A stretch of 46,162 nucleotides of DNA from Meiothermus sp. (GCA_033762915.1 JANRLD010000009.1:1-46162), one strand, 5' to 3'; shown: positions 27,732-39,425, counted from the stretch's first letter. Numbers and translations: made by a program. The notes: generated by a model from the letters alone, not told the origin.

Positions 27732-28607
27732 ATGAGACGCTGCCTGACGCTCATTCTCGCTGTGTTGGTACTCGGCCTCTCGGGGGCACTGGCCCAGAAC
27801 CCCATCAAGGTGCGGGTCGGGTTTAATCCCACCCAAAACTCCGACCAGCTTCGGCCCGCCGCCCAGGCCATCGCCGATTACCTCGAGCAGCGCTTTAACG
27901 GGGCCATCGAGGTCGAGATCTTCATCCCCACCGAGTACCGGGGACTGATCGAGGCCATGCGCGGCGGCAACCTCGACTTCGCTTTCTTCCCGCCCGACGG
28001 CTACGTGATCGCCAACGCCGACGTGGGCGCGCAGGTGCTCCTTAAGAGCGTGCGCGGTACCAGCCCCTTCTACTGGTCGGCCATCGTGGTGCGCAGAGAC
28101 TCGGGCATCCGGAACGTGCAGGGTCTGGACGGTAAGAACATCGCCTGGGTGGACAAGAACTCCGCCGCAGGCTACGTCTTCCCTCGCGCTGCGGTGGTGG
28201 GGGCCGGCCTCGACCCCGACAAGCTTTTCGGCAAGCAGACCTTCGCCGGCCGCCACGACGCCTGCGTGCTGGCAGTGCTGAACAAGTCGGTGGACGCCTG
28301 CGCCACCTTCGCGAACGACACCCGCAACCTCTCAGGGGCCTGGACGCAGTTCCTCAAACCTGAGGAGGCCCGCCAGCTCACCGCCATCTTCTACTCCAAG
28401 CCCATCCCCGGCGACACCTTCAGCGTCTCGAGGCAGTTCTTCGCCCGCTACCCCACCCTCTCCCGCGGCATCGCCACCGCCCTCCAGGGCATCCGCACCC
28501 CCCAGAGCAAGCTGCTCCTAGACCTCTACCGCATCGACTACATGATCCCCGCCCAGGACTCCGACTACAACGTGGTGCGCGAGGCCCGCAAGGTCGCGGG
28601 GCAGTAG
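27732..28607 (+). CDS. phnD: phosphate/phosphonate ABC substrate-binding protein
   Basis: Signal peptide; Y..LIEAM..G.LD.A, D.NS.AGY..P, FAG.HD, S.PIP.D; next to phnC and phnE. Confidence 0.85.
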   Translation: MRRCLTLILAVLVLGLSGALAQNPIKVRVGFNPTQNSDQLRPAAQAIADYLEQRFNGAIEVEIFIPTEYRGLIEAMRGGNLDFAFFPPDGYVIANADVGAQVLLKSVRGTSPFYWSAIVVRRDSGIRNVQGLDGKNIAWVDKNSAAGYVFPRAAVVGAGLDPDKLFGKQTFAGRHDACVLAVLNKSVDACATFANDTRNLSGAWTQFLKPEEARQLTAIFYSKPIPGDTFSVSRQFFARYPTLSRGIATALQGIRTPQSKLLLDLYRIDYMIPAQDSDYNVVREARKVAGQ

Positions 28608-28710
28608 CGCGGCGGTCGCCTTGAGGCGGGAAGCAAAACCCCAAGGCCCATATTCGAGCCCCCAGGAGCTTCTGGGGGCTCGAGATTTAGCTCTCAAGGG
28701 AGGCGGTTGG

Positions 28711-29481
28711 ATGAGGCGGGTCCTGGTGATGGGGTTGGTGGCGACGCTGCTGGCGGGTTCGGGCTTCCTGCTGGCTCAGGGTCAGGGCAGGTTGGTACTG
28801 AGCTTCAAGGACAGCCCCAAGGCGGCGCATAAAAACATCCGCAAGGTGCTGAGCGCCAGCAGCTACCTAAAGGACATGGTGGCCCACTTCAATCAGGGGC
28901 TAAGATTGCCGCGCAACATCCCCGCGCGCTTTGAGGACTGCGGCGAGGAGAACGCCTACTACGACCCCGACTCCGGCAGCATCTCGATGTGCTACGAGCT
29001 GATCGACACCCTGGGGAGCCTCGAGGACGGGCAGGGACTATCCAAAGAGGACCAACTGCTCAATGCGACCAACTTCACACTGCTGCACGAGTTGGGGCAC
29101 GCACTGGCCCATCAGCTGCGGCTGCCAATTACGGGCAAGGAGGAGGACGCGGTGGACGAGTTCGCGGCCCTGGCCCTGCTCAAGCTGGGCGACGAGGCCT
29201 CCATCGTCTCGGCGGTCTACCAGTTCTGGTACTACTCCGACCAAGCCGGCGGCCAGCAGCAGGTCTACTGGGACTCCCACTCCCTGGACGCCCAGCGCAT
29301 GTACGACATGGCCTGTATCGTCTACGGCAGCAACCGCAGGGCCTTCGCCGACCTGGTGAGGGACATCGGCTTGCCCAAGGAGCGCCTCGAGGAGTGCGCC
29401 CAGGAGTATAAGGACGCCCGCTACGCCTGGAACACCATCCTCAGGCCCCACCTGCGCAACCCCGCCAAGCCGCTGCTGTAG
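28711..29481 (+). CDS. DUF4344-family secreted putative metallopeptidase
   Basis: CGEENAYYDP....I.MCYE, HELGHAL, LPITG.EEDAVD, HSLD.QR.Y...C..YGS. Confidence 0.85.
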   Translation: MRRVLVMGLVATLLAGSGFLLAQGQGRLVLSFKDSPKAAHKNIRKVLSASSYLKDMVAHFNQGLRLPRNIPARFEDCGEENAYYDPDSGSISMCYELIDTLGSLEDGQGLSKEDQLLNATNFTLLHELGHALAHQLRLPITGKEEDAVDEFAALALLKLGDEASIVSAVYQFWYYSDQAGGQQQVYWDSHSLDAQRMYDMACIVYGSNRRAFADLVRDIGLPKERLEECAQEYKDARYAWNTILRPHLRNPAKPLL

Positions 29482-29489
29482 AGGTGGTC

Positions 29490-30248
29490 ATGATTGAAGT
29501 CAAGCAGGTCAACCAGACATTCCGTACCGCCAAGGGGCCGCTGCAGGTGCTCTTCGACGTCAACATCGAGATCCCCCGGGGCGACTTCGTGGCCATCATC
29601 GGACGCTCGGGGGCGGGCAAGAGCACCTTCCTGCGCACCCTCAACGGGCTGCTGATCCCCTCCTCTGGGAGCGTGGTCGTGGAGGGCACCGACATCACCA
29701 AGCTGGCCAAGCTCGAGCTGCAGAAGTACCGCCGACGCGTGGGCTTCATTTTCCAGCAGTTCAACCTGGTCAACCGCCTGCGGGTGATCGACAACGTGCT
29801 GCATGGGCGGCTGGGCTACCTGCCGACCTGGCGCGGCCTGTTGGGCCTCTACACCGACCAAGACTTCCAGATCGCCAGGGCGCAGCTCGAGGCCGTCGAC
29901 CTCAGCCCCAAGGAGACCGCCCGGGTCGACTCACTCTCCGGCGGTCAGCAGCAGCGGGTGGCGATTGCCCGCGCGATGGCCCAGGAGCCGGCCTTGATGC
30001 TGGCCGACGAGCCCGCCGCCAACCTCGACCCGGTGCTGTCGGAGGAGGTCATGCGCACCCTCAAGATGTTCAACGAGAAGCAGGGGGTCACGGTGGTGAT
30101 CAACATCCACGCCCTCGACCTGGCCCTTAAATACGCCAAGCGCATCATCGCCTTTAAGCGCGGCTATCTGGTCTTCGACGGCACCCCAGCCCAGCTCACC
30201 GACGAACTGGTCGATGACATCTACGAGCGCAAGGAGATGCTGGTATGA
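29490..30248 (+). CDS. phnC: phosphonate ABC transporter ATP-binding protein
   Basis: GRSGAGKST, FQQFNLV.RL.V..NVL.GRLG, LSGGQQQRVAIAR, ADEP.A.LDP. Confidence 0.9.
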   Translation: MIEVKQVNQTFRTAKGPLQVLFDVNIEIPRGDFVAIIGRSGAGKSTFLRTLNGLLIPSSGSVVVEGTDITKLAKLELQKYRRRVGFIFQQFNLVNRLRVIDNVLHGRLGYLPTWRGLLGLYTDQDFQIARAQLEAVDLSPKETARVDSLSGGQQQRVAIARAMAQEPALMLADEPAANLDPVLSEEVMRTLKMFNEKQGVTVVINIHALDLALKYAKRIIAFKRGYLVFDGTPAQLTDELVDDIYERKEMLV

Positions 30249-31876
30249 GCGCCCTGTTGATTTTCGCGCTGCTGGGCGCGGCCGTCAGCCTGGTGCTGGG
30301 GCTGATGCGGGGCTCGGTGCGGCGGCTAATCGTGGCAGCGGGGCTGGGGCTGCTGGTGGCGTTCGTGGCCTTTCCCTTCAGCCGCTCGAGCGGCTTCCTA
30401 AGCCGCGAGACGCTCGACCCCACCCTGCTGGCCCTGGTGCCCAGCTTCCCCCTCCTGGCCCTGATCCCAGTGCTGCTGCTGGTCACCCTCTGGCTCTCTC
30501 TGCGGGGCAGCCCGGCGGCCCCGGCAGTGGCGGTGGCCAGCGGTCTGGCCTCGGCCGGGTTCACGCTGGTCTGGATGGGCCAGGCCCCCAGCATCGGCAA
30601 GCTGGCACCTGTAACAGGGCTGATGGAGGCCCTGGCGGCGCTGGGCCTGGCGCTCTTGGTGGGGCTGTTGGCCGTCAACCGCCCGGCCTCGAGGGGGCCA
30701 ATCCTGGCTGCCGCCGCGGTGGTTGGCCTGGGGGCCTTCTGGTGGTTCAGCAACCCCCAAGGCGGGGGCACCCTGTTCCCCCGCACGGTAGGCTACTACC
30801 AGCTGATCCAGCCCACCCCTAGCGGCGTGGATCGACAGATCGTCGAGGACTACAACCAGGCCCTACCCCAGCTCAATGCCATACGAAAGGAGACCGGACA
30901 GAGCGAGCTGGCCCCCATAGCGTCGCTGAGCGAGCTACAGGGGCGCATTCCGGCTCAGGCCGCCCAGGACGGCTACCGCCTGGTCAAACCCAACGACGTA
31001 CAGTACGGTTCATTCGCGGTGTTCCTGCTGGCGGGGCTGATGGTGGGGGCCGGTCTGATGCAGCTGCGGAACCCCCGCCTGCAGCAGGGCGACGACCTCC
31101 AGGTTGGTCTGCTGATCGCGCTGATTGTCTGCATTCTGGTACCGGCCTTCGACGCCACCGAGTTCAGCCTCGAGCGCTTCTTGCGCGGCCTCCCCTTCTT
31201 CCGCGACTTCCTCGACAAGGCCCACCCGCCCCTGCTGGCCGCCCCCGACCAAAACCGCTTCCCGCTGGAAGAGGTATTTGTTCAGACCCTCCTGACGCTG
31301 CAGATGGCCTTCGTGGGCACCTTCCTGGCGGCCATCTTCGCACTGCCGGTCTCGTTCCTGGCCGCCCGCAACGTCACCTCCGGTTCGCCGGTAATGCGGG
31401 CAGTCTTCTTCGTGACCCGCTTCTTCCTCAACGCCCTACGCGGCATCCCGACCCTGATCCTGGCCCTGATCCTGGTGGCCGGTCTGGGGCTGGGGCCGTT
31501 CGCTGGGGTGCTGGCGATCGCGATCCACTCCTTCACCGAGTTGGGCAAGCTCTACTCCGAGGCCATCGAGAACACCGACAAAGGCCCCATCGAGGCCATT
31601 GAGTCCACCGGTGCCTCGGGGGTCAATGTGGTGCGCTGGGCCATCCTGCCCCAGACCATGCCACTCTTCGTCTCCTACACCGTGTACAACTTCGAGATCA
31701 ACTTCCGCAGCTCGCTGGTACTGGGGCTGGTCGGGGCGGGGGGCATCGGCTACTTCATCAACGAGAAAATGGCCTCGGGGCAATACGACCAGATGAGCGT
31801 AGCGGTCTACATGATTATGATTATGGTCAATCTGATCGACTTCGCCTCGAGCTGGCTACGAAGCAGACTGGTCTAA
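30245..31876 (+). CDS. phnE: phosphonate ABC permease with a long N-terminal membrane extension
   Basis: C-terminal GLGPFAGVLA, GKLYSEAIE, FEINFR.S.VLGLVGAGGIG. Confidence 0.88.
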   Translation: MSALLIFALLGAAVSLVLGLMRGSVRRLIVAAGLGLLVAFVAFPFSRSSGFLSRETLDPTLLALVPSFPLLALIPVLLLVTLWLSLRGSPAAPAVAVASGLASAGFTLVWMGQAPSIGKLAPVTGLMEALAALGLALLVGLLAVNRPASRGPILAAAAVVGLGAFWWFSNPQGGGTLFPRTVGYYQLIQPTPSGVDRQIVEDYNQALPQLNAIRKETGQSELAPIASLSELQGRIPAQAAQDGYRLVKPNDVQYGSFAVFLLAGLMVGAGLMQLRNPRLQQGDDLQVGLLIALIVCILVPAFDATEFSLERFLRGLPFFRDFLDKAHPPLLAAPDQNRFPLEEVFVQTLLTLQMAFVGTFLAAIFALPVSFLAARNVTSGSPVMRAVFFVTRFFLNALRGIPTLILALILVAGLGLGPFAGVLAIAIHSFTELGKLYSEAIENTDKGPIEAIESTGASGVNVVRWAILPQTMPLFVSYTVYNFEINFRSSLVLGLVGAGGIGYFINEKMASGQYDQMSVAVYMIMIMVNLIDFASSWLRSRLV

Positions 31877-32000
31877 AGAGCAGTCCGCCACAGCCACGTG
31901 CCCAACGCTCGTCTTCGCTCGAGCTGGCTGGGCGGTAGGCTGACATAGGAGCCTGCCCGTAGGAGCCCCCATGGCTCGAGTCCGTACCATGGGGGCGGGG

Positions 32001-32522
32001 TCAGGATTGAGCCCGCCTCTCGAGCTCGGTGATGCCCTCGGGCAGTCGGCCTGGACGGGCGGACTGCAGCTCGCCGCCGTGGCGGTGGAGCAGCGCGGTG
32101 ATGTCCGACTCGCGGCCCTCGAGAACCTCCACTGCCAGCAGGTAGTCCCCTTCGCGCACCGACTCCAGCATCACTGCCTCGTCCTGCCCGACCCCGATCC
32201 CTGCGGTAGCGGCCCCTGCCGCCGCCCCGCCTGCAGCACCCAGCCCGCCGCCTGCCAACGCCGCCAGCAGCAGCACCGGGACGCCCACCAGCGGCAGCGA
32301 GAGTATGCCCAACACCAGTCCGCCCGCTACCCCCGCCGCTGTGCCCAGCTTGGTGCCGAAGCTCACATCCTTGGACTCGCGCTCCCCTTCTACGATCAGG
32401 GCACGGGCGGTGGACTCCTGGGCCGCGACTGCCGCCCGCTCGGCCAGGTTGGACGCCCCCAATTCGTCCAGAGCGCTCTCGAGGTCGGCGCGGCGGCGGA
32501 ACAAACTGAGGATCAGCGCCAT
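32001..32522 (-). CDS. hypothetical membrane protein with a Gly/Ala-rich hairpin (general-stress-protein-like)
   Basis: GAGG RBS before ATG 32522; G...G.AAG..GGLVLG ... GG.GAAGG pattern. Confidence 0.7.
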   Translation of the reverse strand: MALILSLFRRRADLESALDELGASNLAERAAVAAQESTARALIVEGERESKDVSFGTKLGTAAGVAGGLVLGILSLPLVGVPVLLLAALAGGGLGAAGGAAAGAATAGIGVGQDEAVMLESVREGDYLLAVEVLEGRESDITALLHRHGGELQSARPGRLPEGITELERRAQS

Positions 32523-32529
32523 GGTCGCC

Positions 32530-32697
32530 TCACGACCCGCCCCGCCGGCCCGCACGGCCGCCGCCCAATAGCCCGACCACGAACAGCACTGCGGCCGCCA
32601 CCAGCGCCCAGTAGATGAGCGCCCCGCCGATCTGGAACAGCATTCCGACCAGCCAGAACACTACCAGAACCGCCGCTATCCAGTACAAAATTTGCAC
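32530..32697 (-). CDS. 55-aa lmo0937/DUF5670-like small membrane protein
   Basis: GGAGG RBS; MQILYWIAAVLVVFWLVGMLFQIGGALIYWALVAAAVLFVVGLLGGGRAGRRGGS. Confidence 0.75.
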   Translation of the reverse strand: MQILYWIAAVLVVFWLVGMLFQIGGALIYWALVAAAVLFVVGLLGGGRAGRRGGS

Positions 32698-33019
32698 AGG
32701 CACCTCCGTTTCACCCTATTCGACACCAAAGTGTCCGGCCGCCCAACGCCTCACGCCGCAACCTCTGTTTGACCCTAAGCCCGCCGACTGAGCCGCGCTT
32801 GAGCCGCTGCTGAAGCGCCCACTCGGCCACGACTGGTTGGATTACGCTGCGCCTTGCCGTTACTCCTCGATAGACCCCTACCATCGCACACCTCGCCCGT
32901 GCGAGCGTGGGTCGGCTCGAGGAGCTTGCCGCGTTGCTGGCACGGCCAACCCCACCTTATGACCTGCCGCCCCTAACCTTGGCGGTGATGAAAAGCTTTT
33001 CCAAAGGTCTCTGCCATAG

Positions 33020-34246
<1,227 letters not shown>

Positions 34247-34326
34247 GGCCCGGCGCGGGGATGTGCCCCAGAGTTTTCCCTCGAGCCCGAAGGTAGCCCA
34301 GGGCCAGCGATAGGAGCGGGATCGGC

Positions 34327-35061
34327 ATGGAAATCAGCGGAAAGACGGTCGTCGTCACGGGGGCCTCAAGGGGCATCGGGGCCGCCATTGCGGTCGGGCT
34401 GGCCCGGCTTGGGGCCGGCCTGGTGCTCAACGCACGCAGCGAGGAAAGCCTCGAGGGGGTGGCGGCCGAGTGCCGGTCGCACGGCGCGGAGGTTCGAACC
34501 GTGGCGGGCGACTGTGCGCTGGACCAGACCGCGCAGTTTATGGTCAAGGCTGCCAAGGTGATCGGGGAGTTCGGCGGCTTCGTGCACAACGCGGGCGTGC
34601 TGCACCCCGGCCCAGCGCTCTGGGAGCTCGAGGAGGCCCGGTTCGATGAGGTGTTCGACACCAACGTCAAGGCCGGCTACCTGCTGGCAAAGTACGCGGT
34701 ACCCAACCTGCGGCGCTCGGGCGGGGGGTTCGCGGTCTTCGTGGGCTCGGGGGCGGCCAACTACCCGGTTGCGGGCTGGGCCGCCTACAGCGCGGCCAAG
34801 GCCGCCGAGCACGCCCTAGCCTTTAATCTGGCGCTGGAGGCCCCCGAAATCTACACCTTCGTCTATAGCCCCGGCACCGTAGACACCGCCATGCAGCAGG
34901 CGGGCCGCGAGGCCCCGGGTGAGATCGCCCGGATGTTCCAGGGCTTCCGGGACGGCGGCGGACTGCTCACGCCCGAGTTCACCGCCGGGAAGCTGCTGGC
35001 AATCCTGCAAGACCCCCAGAGGCGCTTTCACGGCAAGGTAGCCTCGTACCGCGACGCCTAA
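34327..35061 (+). CDS. SDR-family oxidoreductase
   Basis: TGASRGIG, HNAG, YSAAK, PG.VDT.MQ. Confidence 0.9.
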   Translation: MEISGKTVVVTGASRGIGAAIAVGLARLGAGLVLNARSEESLEGVAAECRSHGAEVRTVAGDCALDQTAQFMVKAAKVIGEFGGFVHNAGVLHPGPALWELEEARFDEVFDTNVKAGYLLAKYAVPNLRRSGGGFAVFVGSGAANYPVAGWAAYSAAKAAEHALAFNLALEAPEIYTFVYSPGTVDTAMQQAGREAPGEIARMFQGFRDGGGLLTPEFTAGKLLAILQDPQRRFHGKVASYRDA

Positions 35062-35102
35062 GTTGCGCCAGGGTAGGAGGGCGGAATCGGCGGAAGCGGG
35101 AA

Positions 35103-35185
35103 ATGCGTGCCTAGGCGGAGTATCTACCCGGGGCGGAGTGGCGTGCGCCATAGCCGCGGAGTGGCTACCCGAGGCGCAATTCCCT
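35103..35185 (-). repeat. dispersed repeat; inverted copy of 41800-41900
   Basis: Reverse complement AGGGAATTGCGCCTCGGGTAG..CGCGGCTATGGCGCACGCCACTCCGCCC.GGGTAG is near-identical to 41800-41861. Confidence 0.8.
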
Positions 35186-35324
35186 GAGGGAGTTGGCGGG
35201 CGACATTTCGCACTGCAACTGTAGAAGAACTTAGGACTCGAGGCGGCCCGTGCGCCGCTGGCCCTTCGGGCCACTGGGCGGAATGCCCCTAGCCCGAGAG
35301 CCCTCCCGGCCGTATAAACGGCTC

Positions 35325-36071
35325 ATGAAGCTTCGAGGCAAGACCTTTATCGTCACCGGGGCCAGCCGGGGGCTGGGCGAGGCGCTGGCCAAAGAACTGG
35401 GAAGGGCCGGGGCCAACCTGGTGATCGGGGCCCGCAACAAGGCCGCGCTCGAGTTTGTACAGGCCGAGGTGCGCGAGCTGGGGGTGGGGTGCGAGGCGGT
35501 GGCGGGCAGCTCGGCCAGTGCCGAGGTGGCCGAGGGTCTGGTGAAGGCGGCGGTGGTGCTGGGGGGATTCGCGGGCTTTGTCCACAACGCGGGCATCGTG
35601 CACCCGGGGCCGCTGGTCTTCGAGCTGGCCGAGGCCGCCTACCACGAGGTGGTCGAGTCCAATCTGACCGGCGGCTACCAACTGGCCCGCTTCGCCTATC
35701 CCCAGCTGATGCGCCAGGGAGAGGGAGTGGCGGTATTTGTAGGTTCGGGGCTGGCCGAGCACCATCTGCCTGGAACCGGGCTGCACGGAGCTGCCAAAGC
35801 CGCCGAGGAGTACCTGGCCCGCCAGCTGGCCCTCGAGGCCCCCGAGATCACCTGCTGGGTCTACCGCCCCGGCCTGGTCGAGACCGAGATGCAGCGGCAG
35901 CTGCGCGAGGCCGAGGGCGGGGGCGGAGAGGCCACCCGCGCCCTCTACCGGGCCTACCAGCGCCAGGGCCAGGTGCTCACCCCCGAGCAGTCGGCGGCAG
36001 CTCTGGTGCGGCTGCTCGAGGCCGACCCGCGCCGATTCCACGGCGGTATCGCCCATCAGACCGACGTATAA
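35325..36071 (+). CDS. SDR-family oxidoreductase paralog with the catalytic Tyr replaced by His
   Basis: TGASRGLG, HNAG, HGAAK in place of YxxxK. Confidence 0.85.
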   Translation: MKLRGKTFIVTGASRGLGEALAKELGRAGANLVIGARNKAALEFVQAEVRELGVGCEAVAGSSASAEVAEGLVKAAVVLGGFAGFVHNAGIVHPGPLVFELAEAAYHEVVESNLTGGYQLARFAYPQLMRQGEGVAVFVGSGLAEHHLPGTGLHGAAKAAEEYLARQLALEAPEITCWVYRPGLVETEMQRQLREAEGGGGEATRALYRAYQRQGQVLTPEQSAAALVRLLEADPRRFHGGIAHQTDV

Positions 36072-36072
36072 G

Positions 36073-36159
36073 GCGTTTCCCACCAACACTTGCTACGGCG
36101 GTTTTTGCCCTATCGAGTGCAAGACACCGGACGGTGGGCGGAGTATGGGTGGGAACCGC
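36073..36159. repeat. intergenic repeat, same family as 3561-3649 in the opposite orientation
   Basis: GCGTTTCCCAC ... GGTTTTTGC ... GCGGAGTAT ... GTGGGAACCGC. Confidence 0.6.
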
Positions 36160-36230
36160 GATAGACCCGAGCCGGGCGCACGAGGGCCAGACGGTTCGCG
36201 GCAACCCGCCCCTTGGTCCGGGCCCCGGAT

Positions 36231-36734
36231 TCAGCTCGAGCGCGGATCGGGGTTGTCCAGCACCCCCTGGGTTTGGCTGCGCCTGAACTCCAGCAGCTTT
36301 TCCCCTACGGCCGCGTATTTGCTGGCCAGAATGCTCGCGGCCAGCAGCCCTGCGTTCACCGCCCCGGCCCGCCCAATCGCCAGTGTGGCCACCGGTATTC
36401 CGGCGGGCATCTGTACGATAGACAGGAGGGAGTCGATGCCCTTTAGGGCCTTCGACTCCACCGGCACCCCCAGCACCGGCAGGTGGGTTTTGGCCGCACA
36501 CATCCCCGGCAGATGCGCCGCCCCGCCCGCGCCCGCGATGATCACCTCGAGGCCCCGCCCCGCCGCCGCGCCCGCATACTCGAAGAGTAGGTCCGGGGTG
36601 CGGTGCGCCGAGACCACCCGTACCTCGTGGGGCACGGCGAACTGCTCCAGGATCGCCACCGCGTTTTGTAGGGTCTCCCAGTCCGACTTGGAGCCCATGA
36701 TTACGCCGACAATAGGGTGCTGCGGAAGGTTCAT
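36231..36734 (-). CDS. purE: N5-carboxyaminoimidazole ribonucleotide mutase
   Basis: [36 protein letters not shown]. Confidence 0.97.
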   Translation of the reverse strand: MNLPQHPIVGVIMGSKSDWETLQNAVAILEQFAVPHEVRVVSAHRTPDLLFEYAGAAAGRGLEVIIAGAGGAAHLPGMCAAKTHLPVLGVPVESKALKGIDSLLSIVQMPAGIPVATLAIGRAGAVNAGLLAASILASKYAAVGEKLLEFRRSQTQGVLDNPDPRSS

Positions 36735-36993
36735 TGCCCGGTAGTTTATCGCGCCCTGGGAGTTGGGGGTGAAACACACAGGGCCGACAGGCACAGACAA
36801 GAAAGTCCAGCAGGCCCGTAGCACCGCTCGAGGCGGCCCCAGGCTCACCATCAAAGGCTGCTATTCCCCAGGATAAGGGCTAATATAGCAGAAACCCGCC
36901 GTAGCACAACCAGATTTCTCTTGGACTGAGTTAACGTAAGCTCTATGGCTGAACGCCCCAGCCGGGCGTAGTCCCTTCCAAGGAGAGTTCTGC

Positions 36994-38442
36994 ATGTCCA
37001 AGACACCCATTACGGTTGCCTACGGCGATGGCATCGGCCCGGAGATCATGGAGGCCACCTTGCGGATCCTCGAGGCCGCCGGGGCCAGCATCGCCCCCGA
37101 AGTGATCGATATCGGCGAGAGGGTATACCTGCGCGGCAACACCTCGGGCATTGAAGATCAGGCCTGGGAGAGCCTGCGGCGCACCAAGGTGTTTTTAAAG
37201 AGCCCCATCACCACGCCCTCGGGCGGGGGCTACAAAAGCCTCAACGTGACTGTCCGCAAGACCCTCGGCCTATACGCCAACGTGCGCCCGGTGCAGAGCT
37301 ATGAGCCCTTCGTGACCACCAAGCACAAGGCCATCGATCTCACCATCGTCCGGGAGAACGAGGAAGACCTCTACGCCGGCATCGAGTACCAGCAGACCGA
37401 GGAGGTGACGATGGCGCTCAAGCTGATCTCCAAGCCCGGCACCGAGCGCATCGTGCGGTACGCCCTCGAGTTCGCCCGGCGGGGTGGGCGCAGGAAGGTG
37501 ACCTGCATCTCCAAAGACAACATCATGAAGATCACCGACGGCCTGTTCCACAAGATGTTCGATGAGATCGGGGCAGAGTACCCGGAGCTCCAGAAGGAGC
37601 ACATGATCGTCGACATCGGCGCGGCCCGACTGGCCGAGATGCCCGAGCGTTTCGACGTCATCCTGGCCCCCAACCTCTACGGCGACATCCTTTCCGACAT
37701 CGCCGCCGAGGTCGCGGGCAGCGTGGGTCTGGCGGGCAGCGCGAACGTGGGCGACGACTGCGCCATGTTCGAGGCCGTCCACGGCAGCGCCCCGGACATC
37801 GCGGGCAAGGGCGTGGCCAACCCCTCGGGGCTGCTGCAGGGGGCCGTGCTGATGTTGGTCCACATCGGCCAGCCGGACGTGGCGGCCAAGATCAAGAATG
37901 CCTGGCTGCGGACCCTCGAGGATGGCATCCACACCGGCGACATCTACGACGAGCGCGTGAGCGAGCGGAAGGTGGGCACCGCCGAGTTCGCCGACGCGGT
38001 GATCGCCCGGCTGGGCCAGCTCCCCGAGCGTCTGCGCGCGGTCAGGTTTGGCGAGGCCAGCAAAGAGCCGATGGTGCCCCTGATGGTCCGCAACCCCAGC
38101 CCGGCCAAAAAGGAGCTGGTGGGCATCGACGTATTCTTCAACTGGCGCGGCAACAAGCCCGAGGAGCTGGCGGCGCTGCTGGAGCCGCTGGGCACCAGCC
38201 GCCTCAAGCTGGCCCTGATCACCAATCGGGGCGTCAAGGTCTGGCCCGGCGGCTTCCCCGAGACCTTCCGCACCGACCACTGGCGCGGGCGCTTCATGGC
38301 CGCTGAGGCCACCACCCCTGACCACCTCGCCATCGTGGAGCTGATGACTAAGATCGCTGCGGCCGGCATGGACTTCATCAAGACCGAGCACCTCTACAAC
38401 TTCGACGGCAAGCCGGGGTACTCGCTGGGGCAGGGGCAGTAG
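36994..38442 (+). CDS. icd: NADP-dependent isocitrate dehydrogenase (Thermus-type, with C-terminal extension)
   Basis: [49 protein letters not shown]. Confidence 0.95.
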   Translation: MSKTPITVAYGDGIGPEIMEATLRILEAAGASIAPEVIDIGERVYLRGNTSGIEDQAWESLRRTKVFLKSPITTPSGGGYKSLNVTVRKTLGLYANVRPVQSYEPFVTTKHKAIDLTIVRENEEDLYAGIEYQQTEEVTMALKLISKPGTERIVRYALEFARRGGRRKVTCISKDNIMKITDGLFHKMFDEIGAEYPELQKEHMIVDIGAARLAEMPERFDVILAPNLYGDILSDIAAEVAGSVGLAGSANVGDDCAMFEAVHGSAPDIAGKGVANPSGLLQGAVLMLVHIGQPDVAAKIKNAWLRTLEDGIHTGDIYDERVSERKVGTAEFADAVIARLGQLPERLRAVRFGEASKEPMVPLMVRNPSPAKKELVGIDVFFNWRGNKPEELAALLEPLGTSRLKLALITNRGVKVWPGGFPETFRTDHWRGRFMAAEATTPDHLAIVELMTKIAAAGMDFIKTEHLYNFDGKPGYSLGQGQ

Positions 38443-38488
38443 CCGCCGGGCTGTTCCCCCTTGGCGCCTGGCTGCTTAGACTTAGCAC

Positions 38489-39358
38489 ATGGAAATCAAG
38501 AAGATCGGCGTAATCGGCGCGGGGCAGATGGGGGCGGGCATCGCGCAGGTGGCGGCCCAGGCGGGGTACGCGGTGGAGCTGCGCGACCTCGAGCAGTCCT
38601 ACGTGGAGCGGGGTCTGGCGGGCATCAGGCGCTCGATTGGGAAGCTCCTGGAGAAGGGCCGGCTCGACCAGTCCGCCCACGACGCCTCGCTGGCGCGCAT
38701 CCACACCACCCTCGAGCTCGCCGACCTGGCCGACTGCGACCTGGTGGTGGAGGCCATCGTCGAGCACGAGCCGACCAAGACCGACCTGTTCCGCGACCTC
38801 GACCGCCTGGTTAAGCCAGAGGGCATCCTGGCCTCCAACACCTCCTCAATCCCCATCACGCGCCTCGCCGCCGCAACGGGCCGGCCGGAGCGCTTCATTG
38901 GGATGCACTTTATGAACCCGGTGCCCCTGATGGAGCTGGTCGAGGTGATCCGGGGCCACCTGACCAGCGACGAAACCGCCGGCGCGGTGGTGGCCGCGGC
39001 CAGAGCCATGGGCAAGACCCCAGTCGAGGTTAACGACTTCCCCGGCTTCGTTTCCAACCGCGTCCTGCTGCCCATGCTCAACGAAGCCATCCAGTGCGTG
39101 ATGGAGGGCGTGGCCACCCCTGAGGCCATCGACCAGATCATGAAGCTAGGCATGAACCACCCGATGGGACCGCTGACCCTCGCCGATTTCATCGGCCTGG
39201 ACACCTGCCTAAGCATCATGGAAGTGTTGCACCGCGGCCTGGGCGACGACAAGTACCGCCCTTCCCCCCTGCTGCGTAAGATGGTGCAGGCTGGGCTCTA
39301 CGGTCGCAAGAGCGGGCGTGGGTTCTACCGCTACGACGAGCGGGGCAACAAGGTTTGA
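38489..39358 (+). CDS. hbd: 3-hydroxybutyryl-CoA dehydrogenase
   Basis: [46 protein letters not shown]. Confidence 0.92.
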   Translation: MEIKKIGVIGAGQMGAGIAQVAAQAGYAVELRDLEQSYVERGLAGIRRSIGKLLEKGRLDQSAHDASLARIHTTLELADLADCDLVVEAIVEHEPTKTDLFRDLDRLVKPEGILASNTSSIPITRLAAATGRPERFIGMHFMNPVPLMELVEVIRGHLTSDETAGAVVAAARAMGKTPVEVNDFPGFVSNRVLLPMLNEAIQCVMEGVATPEAIDQIMKLGMNHPMGPLTLADFIGLDTCLSIMEVLHRGLGDDKYRPSPLLRKMVQAGLYGRKSGRGFYRYDERGNKV

Positions 39359-39425
39359 TCGGCGGGCCGTAGCCCAGGAACCGGGGTTTTCGGCCCCGTG
39401 CCCGCCGACTGGCCGAATCTTCTAG

